Assembly (NCBI RefSeq): GCF_003334385.1 | Contig: NZ_QOWN01000008.1 | From: Escherichia coli | Lineage (GTDB): Bacteria > Pseudomonadota > Gammaproteobacteria > Enterobacterales > Enterobacteriaceae | Direction: 5' to 3' (one strand) | Length of the DNA: 64,000 nucleotides | Shown: in pieces, positions 1 to 11,367 of the stretch | Numbering within the stretch: the stretch's first letter is position 1 | How the letters are laid out: every line of letters begins with the position of its first letter | Program-made: the position numbers and the translations under genes | Notes under the pieces: model-generated | Databases searched by the model: none | What the model saw: only the letters and a program-made list of their open reading frames with translations | What the model was told of the DNA's origin: nothing

Positions 1-30
1 ATCGTGAGAGTAATTCATCGGCACGTTAAA

Positions 31-666
31 TCATATCAGGCGTAATACCACAACCCTTAAGTTAGCGCTTATGGGATGAAACCCCGCTTTCAACGGTTGA
101 ATACCGTGATAAAACAGCCGCGATTCACCGCCCCATACCACCACATCGCCATGTTCCAACAACAAACGTTTGAGCGGATCATTTCGTTTCAGGCCGCCAA
201 ATTGAAAAATCGCGGGTAAGCCCAGAGAAACAGAAACAATTGGCGCGCGCAGATCCGGTTCGTCTTTATCCTGATGCAGCGACAGTTTCGCGCCAGGAGC
301 GTAGCGGTTGATAAGACAAGCATCTGGCTGGAAATCTGGATAGCCCGCCGCCGTAGCCGCACGTTGACATAAATTATGAAAACTCTGTGGCATGGCGGGC
401 CACGGTTTATTTGTTTGCGGATCAATGGGCGAATAGAGATAACCTTGCCGATGGGTCGTCCAGCCCAGATGCCCACAGTTGGTCATCGCCACCGACATGG
501 TATATCCCCCGGGGGTGACCATCTGGCGAAACGGCGACTGGCTGGCAACGTCATTAATATCGCGGATCAGTTGCTCCGCAGCGTTAAAAGCAAAACGCCG
601 TAAAATTACCGCACCAGCCGCCAGTGGCTCTTGCCACGGTTCAGCATCGGCAAACAGATCCAACAT
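31..666 (-). CDS. alkB: AlkB Fe(II)/2-oxoglutarate-dependent DNA/RNA demethylase; the last ~18 codons differ from the canonical AlkB C-terminus
   Basis: Translation MLDLFADAEPWQEPLAAGAVILRRF... matches AlkB through the HxD...H iron ligands (SLHQDKDE, LFYHGIQP); start overlaps ada stop; C-terminus after GFHP diverges (see findings). Confidence 0.85.
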   Translation of the reverse strand: MLDLFADAEPWQEPLAAGAVILRRFAFNAAEQLIRDINDVASQSPFRQMVTPGGYTMSVAMTNCGHLGWTTHRQGYLYSPIDPQTNKPWPAMPQSFHNLCQRAATAAGYPDFQPDACLINRYAPGAKLSLHQDKDEPDLRAPIVSVSLGLPAIFQFGGLKRNDPLKRLLLEHGDVVVWGGESRLFYHGIQPLKAGFHPISANLRVVVLRLI

Positions 667-1730
667 TACCTCTCCTCATTTTCAGCTTCGCGGCGCAGCA
701 GTTGCGCTTTACGCGACACGCCCCAGCGGTAACCGGAAAGTGTGCCATCACCACGGACCACCCGATGACAGGGTATTATGATAGCCAGCTTGTTGGCGGC
801 ACAGGCGCTGGCAACGGCCCGTACCGCTTTCGGTTTGCCGATGGCGTTAGCCAGTTGCTGATAACTGACGGTTTCACCGCAAGGTATCGTGCGCAGTGCC
901 TGCCAGACTTGTTGCTGAAAAGCAGTGCCGCGAATGTCCAGCGGTAACGTCAGCGGCGTATCGCGTTGATTGAGGCTGGCGATCACTTCACGCACATGTT
1001 GCTGAAACATCAGATCGGCAGGCGCGTTGTCGGCAGCGGGAAACATCTGCTGCAACTCGCTGATTAGTGTCGCGTCATCATCGCCCAGCAATATCGCGCA
1101 AATCCCCCGCTCGCTTTCTGCCACCAGGCAACGACCCAGCTCACAATCAGCCAGCGCGTAACGCACCGCCAGATTTTCGCCACCGTGACGGAATTGTTTA
1201 GCCGTCATGCCCAGCGTTTCGTCAGCTTTGCGATAGTAACTGCTGCTGTCGGGGAATCCGGCGTTAAGAATAGACGTCGTCACGCTCTCCCCTTTCGCCA
1301 GCGATTCGCGCAAACGGCGAGCGCGCCAGGCCTGTTGCCAGGCTTTAGGCGTCATTCCGGTAGTCGCTTTAAACAACCGATGTAGATGAAATGGACTCAT
1401 CGCCACCTGGTCGGCTAAGGCTTCCAGCGTTACAGGCGTTTCCTGTTCCAGCAGTCGACACGCGTGGGTGATTTTATCCAACCGATGTTGCTGGGCATTG
1501 GCTTTTTCTGGCTGACAACGTTTGCAGGGGCGAAAGCCAGCGGCGAGTGCCTCGCTGGCATTTGCGTAGAAGGAGACGTTTTCCCGCAAAGCATGTCTGG
1601 CGCGGCAAGACGGACGGCAAAAGATGCCTGTGGTACGCACGGCGAAAACGAATTCGCCGTCGGCATTCGGGTCGCGGGCTAAGACAGATTGCCAGCGTTG
1701 ATCGTCAGTTAAGCATGTGGCTTTTTTCAT
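666..1730 (-). CDS. ada: Ada bifunctional transcriptional regulator / O6-methylguanine-DNA methyltransferase
   Basis: 354-aa ORF; N-terminal Cys-rich methylphosphotriester domain (FCRPSCRARH...CKRCQP), C-terminal PCHRV methyltransferase motif; operon with alkB. Confidence 0.95.
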   Translation of the reverse strand: MKKATCLTDDQRWQSVLARDPNADGEFVFAVRTTGIFCRPSCRARHALRENVSFYANASEALAAGFRPCKRCQPEKANAQQHRLDKITHACRLLEQETPVTLEALADQVAMSPFHLHRLFKATTGMTPKAWQQAWRARRLRESLAKGESVTTSILNAGFPDSSSYYRKADETLGMTAKQFRHGGENLAVRYALADCELGRCLVAESERGICAILLGDDDATLISELQQMFPAADNAPADLMFQQHVREVIASLNQRDTPLTLPLDIRGTAFQQQVWQALRTIPCGETVSYQQLANAIGKPKAVRAVASACAANKLAIIIPCHRVVRGDGTLSGYRWGVSRKAQLLRREAENEER

Positions 1731-1803
1731 AATCAGCTCCCTGGTTAAGGATAGCCTTTAGGCTGCCCGGTCACCATCACGCAAAAACCAACAATCTTGC
1801 GCT

Positions 1804-2859
1804 TTAATTTTTTTCGCTGACAAGGAAGCTTTTAAACTGTGGTGACATCCAGGTTTTAAAGCTATCGCCTTCTTTGGTGATCATATAAACCGCCAGCCCT
1901 TCCCGGCGAACAACCTCTTTAGCTTTCTCCGGCCCGAGTACCATCAAGCCAGTATCCCAGGCATCGGCTTCCAGCGCCGTCGGAGCAATCACCGTCACGG
2001 ATACCAGATTGTGTTCGATGGGACGCCCGGTTTGCGGATCGATAACATGGGAAAGACGTTTGCCGTCCAGTTCGTAATAGTTACGGTAGCTGCCAGAGGT
2101 GCTAATCCCATGACCGTTGATATCCACCACAGCCTGAACCGCGTTTTCTTTATCGGTTGGTTTTTGAATCGCTACCCGCCACGGCAGGCCTTCACCGTTC
2201 ATACCACGGCTGTTCAGCGCGCCGCCCACCGACACCAGATAGCGGGAAATCCCTTCCTGCTCCATCAAGCGTGCCAAATGATCGGCCGCATAGCCTTCGC
2301 CGACGGTGGAGAGATCGACATATAAATCCGGCAGGTCTTTTTGCAGATATTGCTGATGCGACTGATTGATGACCGTCAGGTGCTGTAAGCCGGTTTTGGC
2401 TTTCATCGCATCGATCTGTTCCTGGCTCGGAATTTGAACCGGCTGTTGTTCCGGGCCAAAGCCCCACAGATTCACCAGCGGCCCGACGGTTATATCCATC
2501 GCGCCATCGGTCTTCGCGCCAATGCGCAGCGAGGTGGTGACGATATCGGCCATCGCTTCACTTACCGGCCACGGCGATAAACTTTGCGAGTCGTTAAAGC
2601 GCATCAGCGCGGAATCTTTTTTATAGGTCGAAAGCAGCTGATCGTCGGCGTCCAGTTGGGTCTGAATCTTTTCTTTAAGTTCGGCGCTGCGTTTGGCGTC
2701 AATGCCCGGGATGCTGGCACGCCAGAAGGTACCCATAGTTTTGCCTTCAAGAACGGTAACTTCAGTAGCGTGGGTTTTGGCGGGTTGTGGTTTTTGATCG
2801 CAACCAACAAAGAAGAGCGCGGCAGCCAGCAGTGCCACGCGGGTAAAGCTTATTTCCAT
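1804..2859 (-). CDS. apbE: ApbE/Ftp FAD:protein FMN transferase lipoprotein
   Basis: 351-aa ORF with lipoprotein signal (LLAAALFFVGC); family recognised from translation; conserved position between ada and ompC. Confidence 0.92.
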   Translation of the reverse strand: MEISFTRVALLAAALFFVGCDQKPQPAKTHATEVTVLEGKTMGTFWRASIPGIDAKRSAELKEKIQTQLDADDQLLSTYKKDSALMRFNDSQSLSPWPVSEAMADIVTTSLRIGAKTDGAMDITVGPLVNLWGFGPEQQPVQIPSQEQIDAMKAKTGLQHLTVINQSHQQYLQKDLPDLYVDLSTVGEGYAADHLARLMEQEGISRYLVSVGGALNSRGMNGEGLPWRVAIQKPTDKENAVQAVVDINGHGISTSGSYRNYYELDGKRLSHVIDPQTGRPIEHNLVSVTVIAPTALEADAWDTGLMVLGPEKAKEVVRREGLAVYMITKEGDSFKTWMSPQFKSFLVSEKN

Positions 2860-2928
2860 ACGTGATTATCCTCATGCGAACGGTCGCAAGAGTACACCAA
2901 AAAACTGAGTTTGTACGCTGAAAACAAT

Positions 2929-2953
2929 GAAAAAAGGGCCCGCAGGCCCTTTG
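2929..2953 (-). terminator. Rho-independent terminator downstream of ompC
   Basis: GC-rich palindrome gggcccgcaggccc flanked by A/T runs, 18 nt after the ompC stop on the minus strand. Confidence 0.6.
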
Positions 2954-2970
2954 TTCGATATCAATCGAGA

Positions 2971-4089
<1,119 letters not shown>

Positions 4090-4159
4090 TTATATGCCTT
4101 TATTTGCTTTTTTATGCCACTGCATACTGATTAACCCTCATTAATCAGTCGGCAAGTCC

Positions 4160-4300
4160 ATTCTCCCCAAAAATGCAGAATAATCCAACACGAATATGAT
4201 ACTAAAACTTTTAAGATGTTTCATTTATCGCTATAGATGTTTCAAAATGTAAATGCAAGGGAACTTTTTAAGATTATTGCGGAATGGCGAAATAAGCACC
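4160..4300. promoter_or_regulatory. ompC promoter region with OmpR-binding repeats
   Basis: AT-rich region upstream of ompC containing TTTACATTTTGAAACATCTA-like OmpR box on the ompC strand (plus-strand 4233-4252); assignment from recalled OmpR site sequence. Confidence 0.5.
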
Positions 4301-4408
4301 TAACATCAAGCAATAATAATTCAAGGTTAAAATCAATAACTTATTCTTAAGTATTTGACAGCACTGAATGTCAAAACAAAACCTTCACTCGCAACTAGAA
4401 TAACTCCC

Positions 4409-4501
4409 GCTATCATCATTAACTTTATTTATTACCGTCATTCATTTCTGAATGTCTGTTTACCCCTATTTCAACCGGATGCCTCGCATTCGGTTTTTTT
4501 T
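4409..4501 (+). ncRNA. micF: MicF antisense sRNA (regulator of ompF mRNA)
   Basis: 93-nt sequence GCTATCATCATTAACTTTATTTATTACCGTCATTCATTTCTGAATG...GGATGCCTCGCATTCGGTTTTTTTT matches micF as recalled; ends in hairpin plus T8; divergent from ompC. Confidence 0.9.
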
Positions 4502-4812
4502 ACCCTTCTTTACACACTTTTCATTATTCTGTGCTACCACAGAAAAACTATAACGCTTGTTAACTATTTCACAAATAATTAACATCCGCATAATTTCCAG
4601 CAATCTTTGTTTATTTGCAATTATTTTTGTTGGGCTTTTTGTAGGTTATTTGTACAGCAAAATGGCGCTTGTACATCTATTTCCCCCAATGCAGGATGAT
4701 AAATATCACGGGAGAATAGAGAATCATCAATCAGGTAAGAGTCTGGAATTTCACACTGTACCCTTTATACTGCCCTATCACTTCGCGAAGTTTTAACAGG
4801 TCATAAACACGA

Positions 4813-7485
4813 ATGCGTCAGAAAGAGACAACGGCCACGACCCGCTTTTCACTCCTACCGGGGAGCATTACCCGCTTCTTTTTACTGTTGATCATTGTGT
4901 TACTGGTGACGATGGGTGTAATGGTACAAAGCGCCGTTAACGCCTGGCTGAAAGATAAAAGTTACCAGATTGTCGACATTACCCATGCTATCCAAAAGCG
5001 CGTCGATAACTGGCGTTACGTGACCTGGCAGATCTACGACAACATTGCCGCGACGACCTCCCCCTCCTCCGGCGAAGGTTTACAAGAGACGCGCCTGAAA
5101 CAGGATGTCTACTATCTGGAGAAACCACGCCGCAAAACGGAAGCGTTAATCTTTGGCTCTCACGACAACTCAACGCTTGAGATGACTCAGCGGATGTCCA
5201 CTTATCTGGATACATTGTGGGGCGCAGAAAATGTACCGTGGTCGATGTATTACCTGAATGGTCAGGATAACAGTCTGGTGCTGATCTCAACCCTACCCCT
5301 TAAAGATCTCACCTCCGGATTTAAAGAATCGACCGTCAGCGACATTGTTGATTCACGTCGTGCAGAGATGTTGCAACAGGCCAACGCCCTCGATGAACGC
5401 GAAAGCTTTTCTAACATGCGCCGCCTGGCCTGGCAGAACGGTCATTACTTTACATTGCGTACTACCTTTAACCAGCCAGGACATCTGGCAACGGTCGTGG
5501 CTTTTGATCTGCCGATTAATGATTTGATCCCACCGGGTATGCCGCTGGACAGTTTCCGCCTTGAGCCAGACGCGACGGCAACGGGAAACAATGATAATGA
5601 GAAAGAAGGGACGGATAGCGTCAGTATCCACTTTAACAGTACGAAGATTGAAATCTCCTCGGCACTCAACTCTACCGATATGCGCCTGGTCTGGCAGGTT
5701 CCTTATGGCACCTTATTGCTGGATACGTTGCAAAACATTCTGCTGCCACTGCTGCTGAACATCGGTTTGCTGGCGCTGGCGTTATTTGGCTATACCACAT
5801 TCCGCCATTTCTCCAGCCGCAGTACAGAAAACGTCCCCAGCACGGCGGTCAATAACGAATTGCGCATTTTACGGGCAATCAATGAAGAGATAGTCTCACT
5901 GCTGCCGCTCGGCCTGCTGGTTCACGATCAGGAATCGAACCGCACTGTCATAAGTAACAAAATTGCCGATCATTTGCTGCCGCATTTGAATCTGCAAAAC
6001 ATCACCACCATGGCGGAACAGCATCAGGGGATTATTCAGGCGACGATCAATAACGAGCTGTATGAGATCCGCATGTTCCGCAGCCAGGTCGCGCCGCGCA
6101 CACAAATTTTCATTATTCGCGATCAGGATCGCGAAGTGCTGGTAAACAAGAAACTCAAGCAGGCGCAGCGTCTGTATGAGAAAAACCAGCAGGGGCGGAT
6201 GATCTTTATGAAAAACATTGGCGATGCGCTGAAAGAACCCGCACAGTCCCTGGCGGAGAGCGCGGCTAAACTCAACGCCCCGGAAAGCAAACAACTGGCG
6301 AATCAGGCAGATGTGCTGGTGCGGCTGGTTGATGAAATACAGTTAGCGAACATGCTTGCGGATGATAGCTGGAAAAGTGAGACGGTGCTGTTCTCCGTGC
6401 AGGATTTAATTGATGAAGTTGTGCCTTCAGTGTTGCCTGCCATCAAGCGTAAAGGTCTGCAACTGCTGATTAACAATCATCTGAAAGCACACGATATGCG
6501 CCGCGGCGATCGCGATGCCTTACGACGTATTTTGCTGCTACTGATGCAATATGCCGTGACCTCAACGCAATTGGGAAAAATCACCCTTGAGGTTGATCAG
6601 GATGAGTCCTCCGAAGACCGCCTGACGTTCCGCATTCTGGACACGGGAGAAGGCGTAAGTATTCATGAAATGGATAATTTGCACTTCCCGTTTATCAACC
6701 AGACCCAAAACGATCGCTATGGCAAGGCGGACCCGCTGGCATTCTGGCTGAGCGATCAACTGGCACGTAAACTGGGCGGTCATTTAAACATCAAAACGCG
6801 GGATGGGCTTGGTACACGCTACTCTGTGCATATCAAAATGCTCGCAGCTGACCCGGAAGTTGAAGAGGAAGAAGAGCGTTTACTGGATGATGTCTGCGTA
6901 ATGGTGGATGTTACTTCGGCAGAAATTCGGAATATTGTCACTCGCCAGTTAGAAAATTGGGGTGCAACCTGTATCACACCCGATGAAAGATTAATTAGTC
7001 AAGATTATGATATCTTTTTAACGGATAATCCGTCTAATCTTACTGCCTCTGGCTTGCTTTTAAGCGATGATGAGTCTGGCGTACGGGAAATTGGGCCTGG
7101 TCAATTGTGCGTCAACTTCAATATGAGCAACGCTATGCAGGAAGCGGTCTTACAATTAATTGAAGTGCAACTGGCGCAGGAAGAGGTGACAGAATCGCCT
7201 CTGGGCGGAGATGAAAATGCGCAACTCCATGCCAGCGGCTATTATGCGCTCTTTGTAGACACAGTACCGGATGATGTTAAGAGGCTGTATACTGAAGCAG
7301 CAACCAGTGACTTTGCTGCGTTAGCCCAAACGGCTCATCGTCTTAAAGGCGTATTTGCCATGCTAAATCTGGTACCCGGCAAGCAGTTATGTGAAACGCT
7401 GGAACATCTGATTCGTGAGAAGGATGTTCCAGGAATAGAAAAATACATCAGCGACATTGACAGTTATGTCAAGAGCTTGCTGTAG
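4813..7485 (+). CDS. rcsD: RcsD (YojN) phosphotransfer protein of the Rcs phosphorelay
   Basis: 890-aa ORF, N-terminal transmembrane segment, C-terminal HPt region; immediately upstream of rcsB. Confidence 0.95.
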   Translation: MRQKETTATTRFSLLPGSITRFFLLLIIVLLVTMGVMVQSAVNAWLKDKSYQIVDITHAIQKRVDNWRYVTWQIYDNIAATTSPSSGEGLQETRLKQDVYYLEKPRRKTEALIFGSHDNSTLEMTQRMSTYLDTLWGAENVPWSMYYLNGQDNSLVLISTLPLKDLTSGFKESTVSDIVDSRRAEMLQQANALDERESFSNMRRLAWQNGHYFTLRTTFNQPGHLATVVAFDLPINDLIPPGMPLDSFRLEPDATATGNNDNEKEGTDSVSIHFNSTKIEISSALNSTDMRLVWQVPYGTLLLDTLQNILLPLLLNIGLLALALFGYTTFRHFSSRSTENVPSTAVNNELRILRAINEEIVSLLPLGLLVHDQESNRTVISNKIADHLLPHLNLQNITTMAEQHQGIIQATINNELYEIRMFRSQVAPRTQIFIIRDQDREVLVNKKLKQAQRLYEKNQQGRMIFMKNIGDALKEPAQSLAESAAKLNAPESKQLANQADVLVRLVDEIQLANMLADDSWKSETVLFSVQDLIDEVVPSVLPAIKRKGLQLLINNHLKAHDMRRGDRDALRRILLLLMQYAVTSTQLGKITLEVDQDESSEDRLTFRILDTGEGVSIHEMDNLHFPFINQTQNDRYGKADPLAFWLSDQLARKLGGHLNIKTRDGLGTRYSVHIKMLAADPEVEEEEERLLDDVCVMVDVTSAEIRNIVTRQLENWGATCITPDERLISQDYDIFLTDNPSNLTASGLLLSDDESGVREIGPGQLCVNFNMSNAMQEAVLQLIEVQLAQEEVTESPLGGDENAQLHASGYYALFVDTVPDDVKRLYTEAATSDFAALAQTAHRLKGVFAMLNLVPGKQLCETLEHLIREKDVPGIEKYISDIDSYVKSLL

Positions 7486-7501
7486 CAAGGTAGCCTATTA
7501 C

Positions 7502-8152
7502 ATGAACAATATGAACGTAATTATTGCCGATGACCATCCGATAGTCTTGTTCGGTATTCGCAAATCACTTGAGCAAATTGAGTGGGTGAATGTTGTCGGC
7601 GAATTTGAAGACTCTACAGCACTGATCAACAACCTGCCGAAACTGGATGCGCATGTGTTGATTACCGATCTCTCCATGCCTGGCGATAAGTACGGCGATG
7701 GCATTACCTTAATCAAGTACATCAAGCGCCATTTCCCAAGCCTGTCGATCATTGTTCTGACTATGAACAACAACCCGGCGATTCTTAGTGCGGTATTGGA
7801 TCTGGATATCGAAGGGATCGTGCTGAAACAAGGTGCACCGACCGATCTGCCGAAAGCTCTCGCCGCGCTGCAGAAAGGGAAGAAATTTACCCCGGAAAGC
7901 GTTTCTCGCCTGTTGGAAAAAATCAGTGCTGGTGGTTACGGTGACAAGCGTCTCTCGCCAAAAGAGAGTGAAGTTCTGCGCCTGTTTGCGGAAGGCTTCC
8001 TGGTGACCGAGATCGCTAAAAAGCTGAACCGCAGTATTAAAACCATCAGTAGCCAGAAGAAATCTGCGATGATGAAGCTGGGTGTCGAGAACGATATCGC
8101 CCTGCTGAATTATCTCTCTTCAGTGACCTTAAGTCCGGCAGATAAAGACTAA
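7502..8152 (+). CDS. rcsB: RcsB response regulator (LuxR/FixJ family)
   Basis: ORF-track entry starts at 7457; trimmed to MNNMNVIIADDHPIVLFGIRK... (216 aa), receiver domain plus C-terminal HTH. Confidence 0.95.
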   Translation: MNNMNVIIADDHPIVLFGIRKSLEQIEWVNVVGEFEDSTALINNLPKLDAHVLITDLSMPGDKYGDGITLIKYIKRHFPSLSIIVLTMNNNPAILSAVLDLDIEGIVLKQGAPTDLPKALAALQKGKKFTPESVSRLLEKISAGGYGDKRLSPKESEVLRLFAEGFLVTEIAKKLNRSIKTISSQKKSAMMKLGVENDIALLNYLSSVTLSPADKD

Positions 8153-8156
8153 TCAC

Positions 8157-8351
<195 letters not shown>

Positions 8352-8356
<5 letters not shown>

Positions 8357-11201
8357 AATCCCGCGATTTCCTGACCCTCTCGGCATATAACGTCAGCGTC
8401 TGTTTTATCACATCCAGCGTTACCGGCTTCGACAGGCAGCTGTCCATACCGGACTCCAGACACCGCTGCTTCTCTTCAGCCAACGCATTAGCAGTTACTC
8501 CGATTACCGGCAACGTCAGTCCCAACTGACGAATGCGTTGCGTCAAGCGGTAACCATCCATATTTGGCATGTTGACGTCGCTAAGCACGATATCAATATG
8601 ATTCTTGCTAAGTACATTAAGCGCATCGACGCCATCATTCGCGGTTTTACATTGATAGCCCAACGATCCCAACTGATCTGCCAGCAAACGCCGGTTAATC
8701 GGATGATCATCCACGACCAGAATCATCATATCGTCATTATCGCTGACCGCTTTGTCCGTTGACGGCAGAGCGTTAGCAGGATCGTCGCTCTCCATCTCGA
8801 TCAAATAAATACGCGCCAACAATGCCGGTAGCTCATGCGGAGCAGCCACACTGTGTACCCACTCCCCTGGCGCTTTCTCCAGCGGAATACCAATATGGCG
8901 ACGACAGAAGGTCACTACCGCTCTGCCCTGCCATTTTTTACTCACTACCTCGTCAGTGATCAACACATCTTCGGGAGTCGGTTCCTGCCCTTCGTATGTT
9001 GTAACGACGATGCCGCTGCGCTGCAAACTGGTTTCCAGGAACTGACAGAGCGACGCATTGCGGACCGCCAGCCAGCAGCGTTTACCACTCAACCCTTCCA
9101 CGCCTTTTTTCTGCGGGTACTGAGCGCCGTACAACGGAATACGCACGGTAAACTGGCTGCCCATTCCCGGTTCTGAATCTACCGAGATATCGCCGTCCAT
9201 CATGCTGATCAGTTTTTCACAAATCGCCAGACCCAGACCGGTCCCCTGGAAATTACGCTGTACGCCCGTTCCGACCTGGAAGAAGGGATCAAACAAGCGC
9301 ACCACTTCTTTCGCCGGTATCCCCACGCCGGTATCGCGAACACGGATAGAGAGATAATCGCCATCCGCGCGAACATGCAAAACTATACAGCCGGTATCGG
9401 TGAATTTTATGGCGTTACTCAACAGGTTGGAGATGACCTGCTGTAAACGCATCGGGTCGCCATTTAAGGCCACTGGCACATCCGGTTCAATAAAGCAGTA
9501 CAAGCCTAACTGCTTGCGTACCACCAGCGGTAAATAGTTGGCGGTGATGTGGTTCATCACTTCACGCGGTGAAAACTCACGCGGTTCGATCTTCAACTGT
9601 TCCGATTCAATCTTCGAGAAATCGAGAATATCGCTGATAATTTTCAACAACAGGCTGGAAGAGTTGTTCATTGCCGTCACCAGCCGATCGACGCCTTTCG
9701 GTAACTCTTTGGTTTGCAACAGATCCAGGTTACCGATAATGCCATACAGCGGCGTTCGCAGCTCATGACTGACGGTGGCAAGGAACATCGATTTTGACTG
9801 GCTCGCCTGTTCCGCTGCTTGTGCCATCTCCTGCAACGACTCTTCCATCTTCACGCGCGAAGAAACATCCACCAGCACACAAATGGCCACGTTTTCATTA
9901 CGATAGCGCGAATGGACGAAGCTGATTTGCAGATTGGTATTGTTGCTGGTCAGGACATCAACAAAATTGACCTGCTGCCCACAGATAATTTGCGTCAGTC
10001 GTTGGCGGTCCTCATGCGTAAGCATATTGAGATAGGTATGCGCCAGTTCGTTACTTAAAATATTGACGCCATCAGCGGTACGCAAAATGCAGATACCCAC
10101 TGGCGCGGAGGCGACAATCTTGCGATTGAACTGCTCATGTTCTTCCAGTCGCAGGGCGTCGCTTTCCGCCGGAATGAAAATACGTCGCTCGTACATCCGT
10201 GCGAGAGTAAACAATGCAGCTCCGGCAAGCACATTCAGCAAAATTGCGTTAAGGATCAACATGCGAATGCGTTCCAGCACCTTATCAACCGGCACCGAAT
10301 ACACGATGCTTAGCGATGAGGGTGGCAGATTTTTCTTCAGCACCAGCTCCCGGAACCCTTCCGTATAGCCAAACCAGGAGCGTTCCTGCATCCAGCGAGG
10401 ATCGCCCTTAATTTTACTTTCTGGTCCGGTAAGCGAAATCAGGGTATGACCATTTTCATCAAGAATGGTAACCCCCATCGGCAACGTACCCGGTAAGAAA
10501 AAGTTCTCCATCCGGATGGTCTGCTCGACACCCAAAAGCGCCTGCAACCGGTTCGCCAGATAAACTGGCGTCAACGCGTAAAAATACCCGACGCCAGGGC
10601 GCGGACCTTCGCTGATCCAGTAGAGGTTACTGCCGCTATCATCTTGTGGTGCATTTCGATATTTATTGATGCGTTCATGCAAAGCTTTCAACGCGGTATC
10701 GCGTTCCACTGGCATATCACGCAGACCGAAATTGGCCATGCAGAGGTTATCGCTGCCGATTAAAAATACCCGGTTTAGATCGTAAGCCGCAGAAAAATTA
10801 TCGCGCCAGTAGCGCATAAACCACGCCAATGACTCCAGAGAACCTCGCCAGGTGTTACTCATTGCGGAACAATCGGAGTCGGCAAACAGCGGTTCAAACG
10901 CAGGCACATCCGCCTGCGTTTCTCGTCCACGCGGGGAAAGCACACCGTTTTCTGCCGATAAGCGATTTTCGGCGATGTACTTCAGCTCTTTCATCACATC
11001 AGAGGTGCGTTGAATAAAGCGCTGAGCCTGATCGGAACTCAGATTAAATTCCTGACGAATTTCCGATTCTCGCTGATGTAACGCATTAACGATGTAAAAA
11101 ACGGATGAAAAAGCAATCAACAGCCAGAGCACTAACGCCAATGCTCTGAACATGTAGCGCGAGGCTTTCAGGGTTGTACGAAAAGAAGCAAGGTATTTCA
11201 A
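8352..11201 (-). CDS. rcsC: RcsC hybrid sensor histidine kinase
   Basis: 949-aa ORF with transmembrane N-terminus, HisKA/HATPase region (H-box SHELRTPL) and C-terminal receiver domain; convergent with rcsB. Confidence 0.95.
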
Positions 11202-11367
11202 AGGGGCGAAGCTCCGCCTCAGGTGACCGATGGAGTGTGGTTAAGGTAGCGGTAAAAGCGTGTTACCGCAATGTTCTCTCTTCTCTGGAATATGATACAC
11301 CGCCGAGAAATCATCACCTTAACCTCTGATAATCGTCATATACCGGACAAGACTAGTGGATTTCAGC

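Noticed and set aside
4355-4796. Small ORFs (75 and 79 codons) between micF and rcsD
   Set aside because: The first overlaps micF itself; the second starts at TTG with no Shine-Dalgarno and has a low-complexity hydrophobic translation; more likely rcsD promoter and leader sequence.
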